Shown: positions 21,782 to 31,435 of the stretch, in pieces
Position numbering within the stretch: position 1 is the first letter of the stretch
Layout of the letters: every line of letters begins with the position of its first letter
Origin: Gammaproteobacteria bacterium
GTDB taxonomy: Bacteria > Pseudomonadota > Gammaproteobacteria > CAJXQU01
Direction of reading: 5' to 3'
Length of the DNA stretch: 64,000 nt
Assembly (NCBI GenBank): GCA_965238175.1
Contig: CBDEGZ010000003.1
Coordinates: forward strand, 2,688,001 to 2,752,000
Notes under the pieces: generated by a model
The model's database searches: none
What the model saw: the letters and a program-made list of their open reading frames with translations, nothing else
Told to the model about the DNA's origin: nothing
Translations under genes and position numbers: made by a program

Positions 21782-22360
21782 TTAGAGGTTGCTAGTTGCA
21801 AAATCCCAATTAACCAGTGCCCAGAAAGCCTTCAAATAATCAGGTCGCACATTTCTATAATCAATATAGTATGCATGCTCCCACACATCACAGGTCAACA
21901 ATGGGGTATCTCCATCGGTCAATGGACAGGCTGCATTACTAGTGTTTACGATGGCTAACGATCCATCCGCTTTTTTAACCAACCAGGTCCAGCCTGATCC
22001 AAAGTTATTTATTGCTGAATTACTGAACTCTTCTTTGAATGTCTCCAAATTCCCGAAGGCTTTGTTTATACCTTCCAGTAACTCACTGGTCGGCTCTCCA
22101 CCACCATTAGGACTCATAGAATTCCAATAAAAAGTATGATTCCAGATCTGCGCAGCATTATTAAATACAGGGCCTGCAGATGCCTTGGTAATTATTTCTT
22201 CCAAAGAAGCATCCGAAAACTCCGTGCCTTCGATCAAACCATTTAATTTAGTGACATAAGTTGCGTGATGTTTTCCGTAGTGAAAATCTAATGTTTCAAC
22301 GGAAATATGCGGTACTAAAGCATCCTTAGCGTATGGCAAGGCAGGTAAAACGTGTTCCAT
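21782..22360 (-). CDS. sodB: Fe superoxide dismutase
   Basis: [16 protein letters not shown] (Fe-type), DVWEHAYY. Confidence 0.95.
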   Translation of the reverse strand: MEHVLPALPYAKDALVPHISVETLDFHYGKHHATYVTKLNGLIEGTEFSDASLEEIITKASAGPVFNNAAQIWNHTFYWNSMSPNGGGEPTSELLEGINKAFGNLETFKEEFSNSAINNFGSGWTWLVKKADGSLAIVNTSNAACPLTDGDTPLLTCDVWEHAYYIDYRNVRPDYLKAFWALVNWDFATSNL

Positions 22361-22560
22361 AAAATCCTCTCAAAGTATTGTTTTCTAAATTTATATCTTC
22401 ACGAGTGATATTCACTATTACCCGCAATCCAATCAATCGGGCATCCTATCACATCATGTTGATTTTTATAATTAATATCTTGGATATATACGTAATAAAG
22501 GTTTTTATTATAGTCTTATGTAAGAATTAAAGTTATTTGAAAATTGACCGCTAAACATAT

Positions 22561-22634
22561 GGTCAGGACGGATTCCCCTCCCCTCCCTTATCCGTTCTGC
22601 CCTGGGTCGGAGCGTAAGCTCCGGCCTTTTTTTT
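22561..22634 (+). ncRNA. Candidate small RNA: hairpin with C/U-rich loop followed by an intrinsic terminator
   Basis: GGTCAGGACGGAT-TCCCCTCCCCTCCCTT-ATCCGTTCTGCC, then GGTCGGAGC-GTAA-GCTCCGGCC-T8; both flanking genes are on the minus strand. Confidence 0.65.
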
Positions 22635-24870
22635 AACCAACTTTCATCCCTGATACATTTTGATACCCCCGCGGAAGTTTATTTCCACGTCGTCCCCGTT
22701 CACCAGTGTAGTTATCAAAATCTCGTGGTTTTAATGTCAAATGTCGCTGGCCTGAGAAAATTAAGAGATTCGAATTCTCAGGTATTGCGAGGGTGGCGAC
22801 TAAGTATTCTTCGCCAGAAATGAGTTTTGGAGCTGGGATCTGCATTATTTTCAAACCTTTACCTTTAGCGAGCTGGGGTAGCTCACTTAGATCAAAAATA
22901 AGTAATCTTCCTATATTTGATAGTACCGCTACGCGATCACGTTCATGATCTTCTACCACTGAAGGCGCTAACACTTCAGCATCTTTAGGTAGTTTTAATA
23001 TTGATTTTCCAGCTTTATTCTTACTGTATAAATCTCCTAATTTAACGACATATCCATAGCCCGCATTGGATGAAATTAAATATAGTGTTTCAGGCTTGCC
23101 ACATAAAACACTAACAAACTCTGCTCCATCGGGAGGTGAGACTTTTCCAGAAAGTGGTTCTCCTAAACCTCTTGCTGATGGCAATGCATGCGTCGCTAAT
23201 GAATAACTGCGTCCGGTTGAATCAATAAAGACAGAAAGTTGATTACTACGACCAGTGGCGCATGAACGGAACCCATCACCCGCTCGATAATTAAGATCTT
23301 CAGCTTCAATTTCATGCCCTTTCGCTGCACGAATCCAACCTTTTTGTGATAATACTATCGTCACAGGATCAGATGGAATTAAGGCTGTTTGATCTAATGC
23401 CTGTGCCTGCTGTCGTTCTACGATAGGCGAGCGTCTATCATCTCCATATTTTTCTGCATCTTCTTGAATTTCTTTACGAATGAGGGTTTTTAATCTTCGA
23501 GTTGATCCTAGTATCAGCTGTAATTTATCTCTCTCTTCAGCCAATTCATCCAATTCACCTCTTATTTTCATCTCTTCGAGTCTGGCTAGGTGACGTAACT
23601 TTAACTCCAGGATAGCTTCGGCTTGTTCATCAGTAATGCTAAACCTCTGTATCAATACAGATTTAGGTTTATCTTCATGCCTGATAATTCTGATCACTTC
23701 ATCGATATTCAGAAAAGCTATTAATTGGCCTTCTAAAATATGTATTCGTTTATTTACTTTATCTAACCTATATTCAAGCCGTCTTCGGACAGTTACTGTC
23801 CTGAATTCTATCCATTCATTTAATAGATCTAGTAAATTTTTAACCTGTGGTCGGCCATCAATACCGATCATGTTTAGATTAACCCGGTATGTTTTTTCTA
23901 GATCAGTAGTTGCAAATAAGTGGGCCATTAACTGTTCAATATCAACTCGGTTTGATCTTGGGAAAAGAACCAATCGTGTTGGTGTCTCATGATCAGATTC
24001 ATCACGTAGATTATCAAGCATTGGTAATTTTTTAGCTTCGATCTGAGCTGCTATTTGTTGTTGGATTTTTGTTCCCGAACTTTGATAAGGAAGGCTTGTA
24101 ATGACAATATCGCCGTTCTCAATTGTGTAAACCGCTCTCATTCTGATCGAGCCAGTACCGGTTTTGTAAATATTAAATATTTCATCTTTCGAGGAGATAA
24201 TTTCAGCATCCGTAGGGTAATCTGGACCTTTAACATGATCAAAAAGATCTTCAAGCGATGCTTTTGGAGCTTCTAGTAAGTGTATACATGCACTTGCTAC
24301 TTCTTTGAGATTATGAGGTGGAATATCAGTGGCCATCCCTACAGCAATTCCTGAACCTCCATTAAGTAATATGTTAGGTAATCTTGCAGGTAATAACTTT
24401 GGTTCGTCTAAAGTCCCATCAAAATTTGCTATCCAATCAACAGTTCCATCACTCGCCTCTTTTAATAATAAATCGGCATACCCTGTCAACTTCGATTCCG
24501 TGTAACGCATTGCAGCAAAAGACTTTGGATCATCCATTGATCCCCAGTTACCTTGACCATCAACAAGCGGATATCGATAAGCAAAATTCTGAGCCATCAA
24601 AACCATTGCTTCATAACATGCCGAATCACCATGTGGATGAAACTTGCCAATTACATCACCGACAGTTCTAGCAGATTTTTTAAACTTTGATCCTGCTTTT
24701 AAACCTAATTCTGACATGGCATAGACTATTCGTCTTTGCACAGGTTTTAAACCATCCCCTATATTAGGAAGTGCCCGATCAAGAATAACATACATAGAAT
24801 ATTCCAAATATGCCTGCTCGGTAAACTCGTGAAGAGACTGCTGTTCATTAAATTCTAATGGTAGGTTCAT
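22633..24870 (-). CDS. parC: DNA topoisomerase IV subunit A
   Basis: [30 protein letters not shown]. Confidence 0.97.
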   Translation of the reverse strand: MNLPLEFNEQQSLHEFTEQAYLEYSMYVILDRALPNIGDGLKPVQRRIVYAMSELGLKAGSKFKKSARTVGDVIGKFHPHGDSACYEAMVLMAQNFAYRYPLVDGQGNWGSMDDPKSFAAMRYTESKLTGYADLLLKEASDGTVDWIANFDGTLDEPKLLPARLPNILLNGGSGIAVGMATDIPPHNLKEVASACIHLLEAPKASLEDLFDHVKGPDYPTDAEIISSKDEIFNIYKTGTGSIRMRAVYTIENGDIVITSLPYQSSGTKIQQQIAAQIEAKKLPMLDNLRDESDHETPTRLVLFPRSNRVDIEQLMAHLFATTDLEKTYRVNLNMIGIDGRPQVKNLLDLLNEWIEFRTVTVRRRLEYRLDKVNKRIHILEGQLIAFLNIDEVIRIIRHEDKPKSVLIQRFSITDEQAEAILELKLRHLARLEEMKIRGELDELAEERDKLQLILGSTRRLKTLIRKEIQEDAEKYGDDRRSPIVERQQAQALDQTALIPSDPVTIVLSQKGWIRAAKGHEIEAEDLNYRAGDGFRSCATGRSNQLSVFIDSTGRSYSLATHALPSARGLGEPLSGKVSPPDGAEFVSVLCGKPETLYLISSNAGYGYVVKLGDLYSKNKAGKSILKLPKDAEVLAPSVVEDHERDRVAVLSNIGRLLIFDLSELPQLAKGKGLKIMQIPAPKLISGEEYLVATLAIPENSNLLIFSGQRHLTLKPRDFDNYTGERGRRGNKLPRGYQNVSGMKVG

Positions 24871-24968
24871 CGTTTTAATTCTTATAGTGGAGTTAATTGT
24901 TTTGCCGATCTAATTTAACACAACTAACTTTGTGTAAAAATTTTATATACATAACTTAAATAAAAGAC

Positions 24969-25003
24969 AAAAAAAAACCCCGACTCCTTAAGAGAAGTCA
25001 GGG
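24969..25003 (-). terminator. Intrinsic terminator of xoxF
   Basis: Minus strand CCCTGACT...AGTCGGGG followed by T9. Confidence 0.8.
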
Positions 25004-25047
25004 CTTATCGTCACTAATTGCTTAGTTTAGATTATCTAGCTGCTTTT

Positions 25048-26898
25048 TTATGGCAGACTGAATACGCTCAACACACCGCCAAGACGAGTGTAGTCGTTCA
25101 GACCTTTGTAAGCACCAACAGCGCCTAAGCCGTCAGTATCATTGATAAGGCCAGCAGCCATACCGATACCAGCCCAGCCACCAACACCTGACAATACACC
25201 TACATATTGCTTGCCTTTGTGAGACCACGTGTTTGTGTTACCAATGATGCCCGATGGAGTTTTGAATTTCCAAAGGAGCTTACCGCTCTTAGCATCAATC
25301 GCTTTCAAGTAACCCGCAAGATCGCCATAAAAAACGACGTCTCCAGCAGTTGCAAGCGCACCAGACCATACAGAGAAACGCTCTGGAATTGACCACACAA
25401 CTTTACCTGTGTTCGCATCCCAAGCAATGAAATTACCTAGGTTGTTATCTTCAGCATTGTTGTTAGGACAGTCAGGACAAACACGACCCGCAGGGAACAT
25501 GTTCAATACCGCGTTTACATATGGCGCACCAGCGACATATTCACCACCTGATACTGGCTCATAATCCATACAAACGTGGTTTGTAGGAACATAGTTAAGA
25601 CCCGTTCGTGGAGAGTATGCTGCAGGCTGTTGATCTTTAGAACCTAAAGCCGCAGGACAGATGTTAGTTGAGTTCACATCTTCACCGTTTTGGTGAGTTG
25701 AGTAACGTGAAACAACTTGTGGACGACCTGTCTTCATGTCAACGTGAGTTGCCCAGTTAACCGCTGCATCAAATTTTTCAGCAACAAGCAATTCACCAGT
25801 TACACGATCCATAGTATAGCCAAAGCCATTACGGTCAAAATGTACAAGACCTTTATGAGTTTTGCCATTGACAGTTACATCTTGAAGGATCATTTCGTTG
25901 ATACCATCATAATCCCATTCATCATGTGGCGTCATTTGGTAAACCCACTTAGCAACACCTGTGTCTACATCACGTGCAAACATAGTCATTGACCATTTAT
26001 TGTCACCTGGACGAACAACCGGGTTCCAAGTAGATGGATTACCATTTCCGTAATACATCAGGTTCAGATCTGGATCATACGGCCACCAACCCCAAGTAGA
26101 ACCACCACCAATTTTCCATTGATCACCTTTCCAGGTTTTCAGTGAAGAATTTTTACCAACTGGTTTGCCCAGCTCAGTCGTGTGTACAGGATCAATCAGC
26201 ATATCTGCATCAGGGCCCATTGAGTACGCTCTCCAAGCCATTGAACCATCGCTGATGTTATACGCATTCATCCAGCATCGAACACCGAATTCAGCGCCTG
26301 AAATACCAGTGAAAACTTTGTCTTTGATGATGTGTGGTGCGTTAGTATTGGTTTGTCCTTTTTTAGGATCACCATTTTTAACAGACCAAACTTTTTCACC
26401 TGTAGCCGCATTCAGTGCTACAAGAACAGTATCTGCTTGTTGAAGGAAGATTTTTCCTTCGCCATAGCCTAGACCACGATTAACCGTGTCACAGCACATT
26501 ACAGGTACAGTTTCGTCATAATCTTGAATAGGCACATATTCCCAAACGATTTCCAACGTATCTAAGTCGATAGCGAAAACATTGTTAGGAAATGCAGCGT
26601 GGATATATAGAGTATCTCCACCAAGACCAGTAGAGCTGCTAGGCAATACTAATGGTCCACCTTCGTGTCCACGAAGTACACCCGTTGAAAATGTCCAAGC
26701 CGCTTGCATCTGATGAGCATTACCACTGTTGATTTGGTTCAACTCAGAATAACGCCAGCCTGAAAAGTTACCACTAGGCATAACCCAGTAGTTTGCATCT
26801 TGCTGCAATTTAAGCAGCTCTTCGTTAGCCATTGCTGACGCAGACATGGTTAGTGCTGCACCCGCTAGAAGCCATCGATTTAACGATGATTTTCTCAT
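25048..26898 (-). CDS. xoxF: Lanthanide-dependent PQQ methanol dehydrogenase XoxF
   Basis: Signal peptide, TGVLRGHEG, vicinal CC ([10 protein letters not shown]), and [11 protein letters not shown] whose D-x-D carries the extra Asp diagnostic of lanthanide binding (MxaF has Ala). Confidence 0.93.
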   Translation of the reverse strand: MRKSSLNRWLLAGAALTMSASAMANEELLKLQQDANYWVMPSGNFSGWRYSELNQINSGNAHQMQAAWTFSTGVLRGHEGGPLVLPSSSTGLGGDTLYIHAAFPNNVFAIDLDTLEIVWEYVPIQDYDETVPVMCCDTVNRGLGYGEGKIFLQQADTVLVALNAATGEKVWSVKNGDPKKGQTNTNAPHIIKDKVFTGISGAEFGVRCWMNAYNISDGSMAWRAYSMGPDADMLIDPVHTTELGKPVGKNSSLKTWKGDQWKIGGGSTWGWWPYDPDLNLMYYGNGNPSTWNPVVRPGDNKWSMTMFARDVDTGVAKWVYQMTPHDEWDYDGINEMILQDVTVNGKTHKGLVHFDRNGFGYTMDRVTGELLVAEKFDAAVNWATHVDMKTGRPQVVSRYSTHQNGEDVNSTNICPAALGSKDQQPAAYSPRTGLNYVPTNHVCMDYEPVSGGEYVAGAPYVNAVLNMFPAGRVCPDCPNNNAEDNNLGNFIAWDANTGKVVWSIPERFSVWSGALATAGDVVFYGDLAGYLKAIDAKSGKLLWKFKTPSGIIGNTNTWSHKGKQYVGVLSGVGGWAGIGMAAGLINDTDGLGAVGAYKGLNDYTRLGGVLSVFSLP

Positions 26899-26932
26899 GA
26901 CCTCCTCCTTATATATAATTTACTGTTAACAG

Positions 26933-26996
26933 TTTCGGTCTCTGTTCTATTTTTATAACTCAATGGAAGCCCGAGACCGGAAAGATACCATTGAGC
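26933..26996 (-). promoter_or_regulatory. H-type pseudoknot in the xoxF 5' leader (candidate cis-regulatory RNA)
   Basis: CUCAAUGG/CCAUUGAG stem; its loop UUUCCGGUCUC pairs with downstream GAGACCGAAA. Confidence 0.55.
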
Positions 26997-27212
26997 GGAA
27001 AACTTTTGTGTTGTTCTAATGAGGGACTAATGTATTTGTAAGAATATGTGTTTGAGTCAACACATGAGGAATAGCTTGAGTGGCTCAGTGACGATAGCCA
27101 ATGTTTTGAATGAAAATATTGAAATAGGATATTCATTTAATACTTTTTATCTTCCCTCAACTTGCTGTTTAACTCATTCCAAAGGACGGAACAGAAATAA
27201 CAACGAGGGTTG

Positions 27213-27240
27213 ATTATAACTAAATAGCAGGAACTATCAA
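27213..27240 (-). promoter_or_regulatory. Sigma70-like promoter upstream of xoxF
   Basis: Minus strand TTGATA-N16-TATAAT, about 310 nt before the xoxF start. Confidence 0.45.
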
Positions 27241-27365
27241 TATTTTTTTTGGGAAAATCTCACATAACCGATCAGGCTTAATATTAAATGACCAGAACAA
27301 TTACTATCTTATTGATTCTGCTTAAAATTAATATAAAACACATGATCGATATATGTACTGAAAGC

Positions 27366-27746
27366 TTAATTTGTAGCCGTCACATCCTTGCTTTTTTTAT
27401 GTCTGACGCCAACAAAACAGCGCTTTTCAGCCTCTGTCTCTGCAGCTTCAAGTACTGGCACGACTTCATCAGCCCGATCGCTATCCCTGAAAAGACCACC
27501 TTTCTCACCAGGCAAACGTTTATAAGTTTTGAACGTTCTTGCCTCATCCCACAAATCAAATGGAACTTTACTGGCAATGACATCGATTGTGCATGAACAA
27601 GAATAAAGATTCTCAACAGTCTGGCCACCATGCTTTGCCATGCAGGTGAGAACAGCATCTACCCGTTCTAGCGTAGGGTAATCATTCCCATAAGCAGAAA
27701 AAGACGTCAGTGCTATTAAAAATGGTACAAATCGTATTAATTTCAT
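27366..27746 (-). CDS. Small secreted Cys-containing protein of the type seen near PQQ dehydrogenase (xox) loci
   Basis: Signal peptide; NDYPT..R...V..CM....CSCTIDVIAS...GEKGGLFRD...AEKRCF pattern; adjacent to xoxF. Confidence 0.7.
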   Translation of the reverse strand: MKLIRFVPFLIALTSFSAYGNDYPTLERVDAVLTCMAKHGGQTVENLYSCSCTIDVIASKVPFDLWDEARTFKTYKRLPGEKGGLFRDSDRADEVVPVLEAAETEAEKRCFVGVRHKKSKDVTATN

Positions 27747-27836
27747 AATGACTCTCCAGTAAACCCGTCTTATTTCAGGGCGGTTTATTTATATTTTTTC
27801 CCAATCATACCATCGACTACAAACCAGGTATAAAGT

Positions 27837-28886
27837 TCATCGATTAGTTAGCGTTTCGTTTTGTTTGGATACTTCATGTGTCAAAGGTGTATTCAATGCA
27901 ATACCTGATTCAAGTGATAGTTCGTATGCCGATCGGTTAACCGCAAATTCAGCATCGTAGAAGCCGTAAATATTTTTTACCCAATAAGCTAACCTCCAAA
28001 CTACCGCATGATCTCCATTTTCTACTACCAATATTTTAGCTTGTTTTTCGGAGTTTAATGCTTTTTCCCTTTCACATGCTTGTATCCAGACATCATTTAG
28101 AAATATTTCTATATCTTCAGCAGGTAAACCATAGCCAATCTTGAAATCGACAAATCGCATTAAGCCAACTGCTGGACATTTGTTTAAGACTTCAACTTTA
28201 GCATTTCTCAATTTAGAATTCGGCATAACGACGACATGCCGCGAACGAAGATCTCTAAACCGAGTTTGCGTTAGAGTCGTTTCAATCGTTACTGCGACTA
28301 AATCATATTCATCAATCTTGATAATGCTACCGGGTTCGACATCACCATTGTATAAAAGCATTAAACCATTGATGTTATCTGGAGCCCAATAATCTTTCGT
28401 TGAAAATAATACGATCAAAAGACCTCCCAATACACTCGTTGTTTTAAACCAGTCTGTTACACCCCATATATTGATTACCGCAATCAATACGATAGTAAAG
28501 GCTGCAATGATGATTAACAGGTTAAATATTTCTGACTGGTATGTTTCTACTCGATATTCAGAACCATCGATCTCTTTAAGTCTCCCATATTTTCTTATAA
28601 TAACTATATGCAGAAAATTGACTATTAAATAAGCGATCAAGAGCGTTAAGCCGGTGCGAGAAAGTTGTGATGTCCACCCTCCGACAAATAATTCTAAAAA
28701 GTAAATTCCAAAAAGAACGATGTTGATCAGTCGTAAGGTCCAAATTTTCGTTTTTACTGAAGTTGAATCTTTGTCTGAACGAAATACTGTAACAATTTGT
28801 TGGGTAAAAACGAATAATAAAAAATTGATCCCAAGCGCGATCAGATCTAGTAAGGACAAAGTTCCTAATATAGGTATGTCAGACAT
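27837..28886 (-). CDS. MscS-family mechanosensitive channel
   Basis: Several TMs, then NINGLMLLY...PGSIIKI...TRFRD...VVMPNSKL MscS beta domain. Confidence 0.85.
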   Translation of the reverse strand: MSDIPILGTLSLLDLIALGINFLLFVFTQQIVTVFRSDKDSTSVKTKIWTLRLINIVLFGIYFLELFVGGWTSQLSRTGLTLLIAYLIVNFLHIVIIRKYGRLKEIDGSEYRVETYQSEIFNLLIIIAAFTIVLIAVINIWGVTDWFKTTSVLGGLLIVLFSTKDYWAPDNINGLMLLYNGDVEPGSIIKIDEYDLVAVTIETTLTQTRFRDLRSRHVVVMPNSKLRNAKVEVLNKCPAVGLMRFVDFKIGYGLPAEDIEIFLNDVWIQACEREKALNSEKQAKILVVENGDHAVVWRLAYWVKNIYGFYDAEFAVNRSAYELSLESGIALNTPLTHEVSKQNETLTNR

Positions 28887-28914
28887 GTAAGTTATTAGAT
28901 TTTAAATATCAACT

Positions 28915-29490
28915 ATGCTGCCTGACTGTTATTCAAATCACAACTATAATCAGGTCAAAATGAAACTAGTAAATATTTATTTCCTGATACCTCTGACTCT
29001 ATTAGTCATTACCGTTGTTGTTATCAATAGCCTTGGTAATACACGTCCATTAACAAAATATGAAATAAAAGAATTACAAAGTGTATTCTTTGAGCAAGTG
29101 GATTACTCAAAAATCACACTTGTTACCGCTAATCTTCCACCAACACTTGCGGCGCTCGTTTTTGGTAATTTTATTCTTTATCGAGAGGAGTATCACAATG
29201 AAGACTTTAGCCATGATTACTTAAAAATGGGTCGGTTGGTTCATGAGGTAGGACATGTATGGGCAAACCAGACTAAAGGGTTACAAACTTCTGTCTACGC
29301 TGTTTTAGAGCAGATCAGATATCAAGACAAAGTTTATACCCATAAACTCTTAACGGGCGAAAATTCGCTAGATGAATTCCGTTACGAACAGCAGTGTCGT
29401 ATATTGAGCGACTATTATATCAATCGCCATCTTGGTTTCGATATCACGCAATACGAGTCAACTATCTACAAAACGATCAAGATTAAATAA
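28915..29490 (+). CDS. Membrane-anchored/secreted zincin-like protein (DUF4157-like)
   Basis: N-terminal hydrophobic segment, RPLT..E, LVHEVGHVW HExxH, distal EQQ. Confidence 0.6.
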   Translation: MLPDCYSNHNYNQVKMKLVNIYFLIPLTLLVITVVVINSLGNTRPLTKYEIKELQSVFFEQVDYSKITLVTANLPPTLAALVFGNFILYREEYHNEDFSHDYLKMGRLVHEVGHVWANQTKGLQTSVYAVLEQIRYQDKVYTHKLLTGENSLDEFRYEQQCRILSDYYINRHLGFDITQYESTIYKTIKIK

Positions 29491-30433
29491 ACGCATCCAC
29501 AAGACCAACACCCTTTCTCACTACTTTCACTTGTCCTTCATCTTCTTCAAGATCGTCTTCTGCAAATGCATCCTGTTCGTGATCCGACAAAGCTGCTGTC
29601 GCCCGATCATTATCCGACGATTGCTGAGACACATCCGCATCAGCCAACATCAAACCACTCTGTTCCAACATCTCCTTTAAACGTGGTATTGCATCCTCAA
29701 CGGCTTCTTTTACGGAACCATGATTAGCAACAAATTGCACATGTGCTTGATCATCAATAATGTTTATCTTGATTTGTAATGGACCAAGTTCACGTGGATT
29801 TAAACTGATCTTCGCTTCTTGAATTGTTTGCCCAATTTGCCACTTAACCCGAGAAACTAACTCATCTCCCCAATTCTGCGTTCCTATTGGATTTGTGATC
29901 GCAGTAAATCCAGTCGCACTCGCTTGAGCTCCCTTTCCACGTAACGATGAATTCGTAAGTTCCTGCACTAAACTACGTACAAAATCAGTATCTGTATCCA
30001 GATCGCCGTCAGTTTGAAACGCTTCAAGAAAATTTTGTGCAGATAACATTTCCTTAGATAATACTTCACTGTTGAGATTCGAAAATATCTTATTACCCAA
30101 CAATTGGTCGGTTACGTTAAGTACAGGAACCAATTTATCCCCTGCTAATTGTTCTGTTCCTCCCCCCAAAAACAACTGCGACAATATTGGCCGCTCTTGG
30201 ATCCCTTCCGGAAAAAGCTTGCCGCTGAAAGACCCTGACTCCAATTGCTGTTTAAGTTGGCTAAGATCAGTAATTACAGGTGCAACCTGTGATTGAAATA
30301 AAGCCAGAAAACCTAGGTCTGACGAGGCCTCTGAGCCCGATGTAGGTAACGACGCTGATCCTTCTGCAGACGCTGTAGCTGTTGTTTTTAAACCTACTGA
30401 ACTTGATATTGCTTGCATCCTTGTCGTCTCCAT
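29483..30433 (-). CDS. fliK: Flagellar hook-length control protein FliK
   Basis: Low-complexity N-terminus; WGDEL..RVKW...AKISLNPRELGPLQIKI...EAVEDAIPRLKEML FliK C-domain; ends GLVDAFI. Confidence 0.85.
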   Translation of the reverse strand: METTRMQAISSSVGLKTTATASAEGSASLPTSGSEASSDLGFLALFQSQVAPVITDLSQLKQQLESGSFSGKLFPEGIQERPILSQLFLGGGTEQLAGDKLVPVLNVTDQLLGNKIFSNLNSEVLSKEMLSAQNFLEAFQTDGDLDTDTDFVRSLVQELTNSSLRGKGAQASATGFTAITNPIGTQNWGDELVSRVKWQIGQTIQEAKISLNPRELGPLQIKINIIDDQAHVQFVANHGSVKEAVEDAIPRLKEMLEQSGLMLADADVSQQSSDNDRATAALSDHEQDAFAEDDLEEDEGQVKVVRKGVGLVDAFI

Positions 30434-30454
30434 TTATTAACTTTCCTGAGAAAT

Positions 30455-30470
30455 TGCAAAGGCTATGCCA
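30455..30470 (-). promoter_or_regulatory. Sigma54 (-24/-12) promoter of fliK
   Basis: Minus strand TGGCAT-AGCCT-TTGCA matches TGGCAC-N5-TTGCW. Confidence 0.75.
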
Positions 30471-30505
30471 GACACTGAATCAAGTTCTCAACTAGTATTA
30501 AAATA

Positions 30506-30616
30506 GGGGCTGTTGATCTTTCATGGGCATTAGCTGCTGGGACGTTTTTTGTCCCAACAAGGCAGAGGGCAAGAGGTTTAGTCAACAGTTAACGCCCATG
30601 AAAGATCAACAGCCCC
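30506..30616. mobile_element. MITE (family A, copy 1), TA-flanked
   Basis: Perfect 23 bp TIR GGGGCTGTTGATCTTTCATGGGC / GCCCATGAAAGATCAACAGCCCC with TA on both sides; a homologous copy lies at 56730-56834. Confidence 0.85.
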
Positions 30617-31380
30617 TAGAAAGCCTTAATGGAATATATATCGTAGCGTGTGTTTGGACTACTAATACTCGTATTCGGCTTTGGGCCGGTTAGAATTTCG
30701 GCCGATTTAGGTCGTTTAACAACCACACGGTATTTTGCCGCTTGTAAGGCTATACTGAGTAACTTATGACTCTCTTGATCTGGTCCAACTAGTTTTTGCA
30801 AAATACACATATCTTTCTTAACCGCTGCTGATTTCCGCTTTTTTGGATACATAGGATCAAGATAGATAACATCTGCTGAGAAGGTTTCTGTTTGAACCTT
30901 CGTAAGATACTCACAAGCATCAAAACAAGTCACTGAAAGTCGATTAACAATTGCAAAAACCTCTTCCTCTTTCTGTGCTCTATCAAGTGCGTCTTTTAAC
31001 AAAGCCACAACTACTGGTGAACGCTCGATCATTTTCACCTTACAACCCAATGTCGCTAAGACAAAACTATCGCGCCCCATGCCCGCTGTAGCATCTATAA
31101 CTGTGGGTGTCTTTTTACTGGAAAGTCCAATCGCTCTGGCGAGAGCTTGTTTTTTACCACCACCAAACTGTCGGCGATGCGCAAGTTTGCCTTCAACAAA
31201 ATCTATAAATACTGGCCCACTATCCTTGCAAAAAAGCGCGAGCTTTTCTTCGTGCCAGCCGAGTAATAAATCGGGTGATCCTTCAAGTTCTGTTTCGAGA
31301 GGAAGACTAAGTTTTGATGCAAGTGCTGCTGCACGTATTTTATTCTGTTTGTCTTCAGGATCTAGTTTAACCGCTAACAT
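30616..31380 (-). CDS. rsmJ: 16S rRNA m2G1516 methyltransferase
   Basis: IDATAGMGRDSFVLA, IYLDPMYP, RVVVKRP. Confidence 0.93.
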   Translation of the reverse strand: MLAVKLDPEDKQNKIRAAALASKLSLPLETELEGSPDLLLGWHEEKLALFCKDSGPVFIDFVEGKLAHRRQFGGGKKQALARAIGLSSKKTPTVIDATAGMGRDSFVLATLGCKVKMIERSPVVVALLKDALDRAQKEEEVFAIVNRLSVTCFDACEYLTKVQTETFSADVIYLDPMYPKKRKSAAVKKDMCILQKLVGPDQESHKLLSIALQAAKYRVVVKRPKSAEILTGPKPNTSISSPNTRYDIYSIKAF

Positions 31381-31435
31381 AGCGACCAGTATAATTGATC
31401 GCTATGTTTATATAACTTGAATTCAAGAATTAATT

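Noticed and set aside
22605-22634. Hairpin as the parC terminator
   Set aside because: The U-tract is on the + strand and the minus strand has none after the stem, so it is better explained as the end of a + strand RNA
25048-26898. Calcium-dependent MxaF
   Set aside because: Has DYD rather than D-x-A at the metal site, and no mxaJGI genes follow
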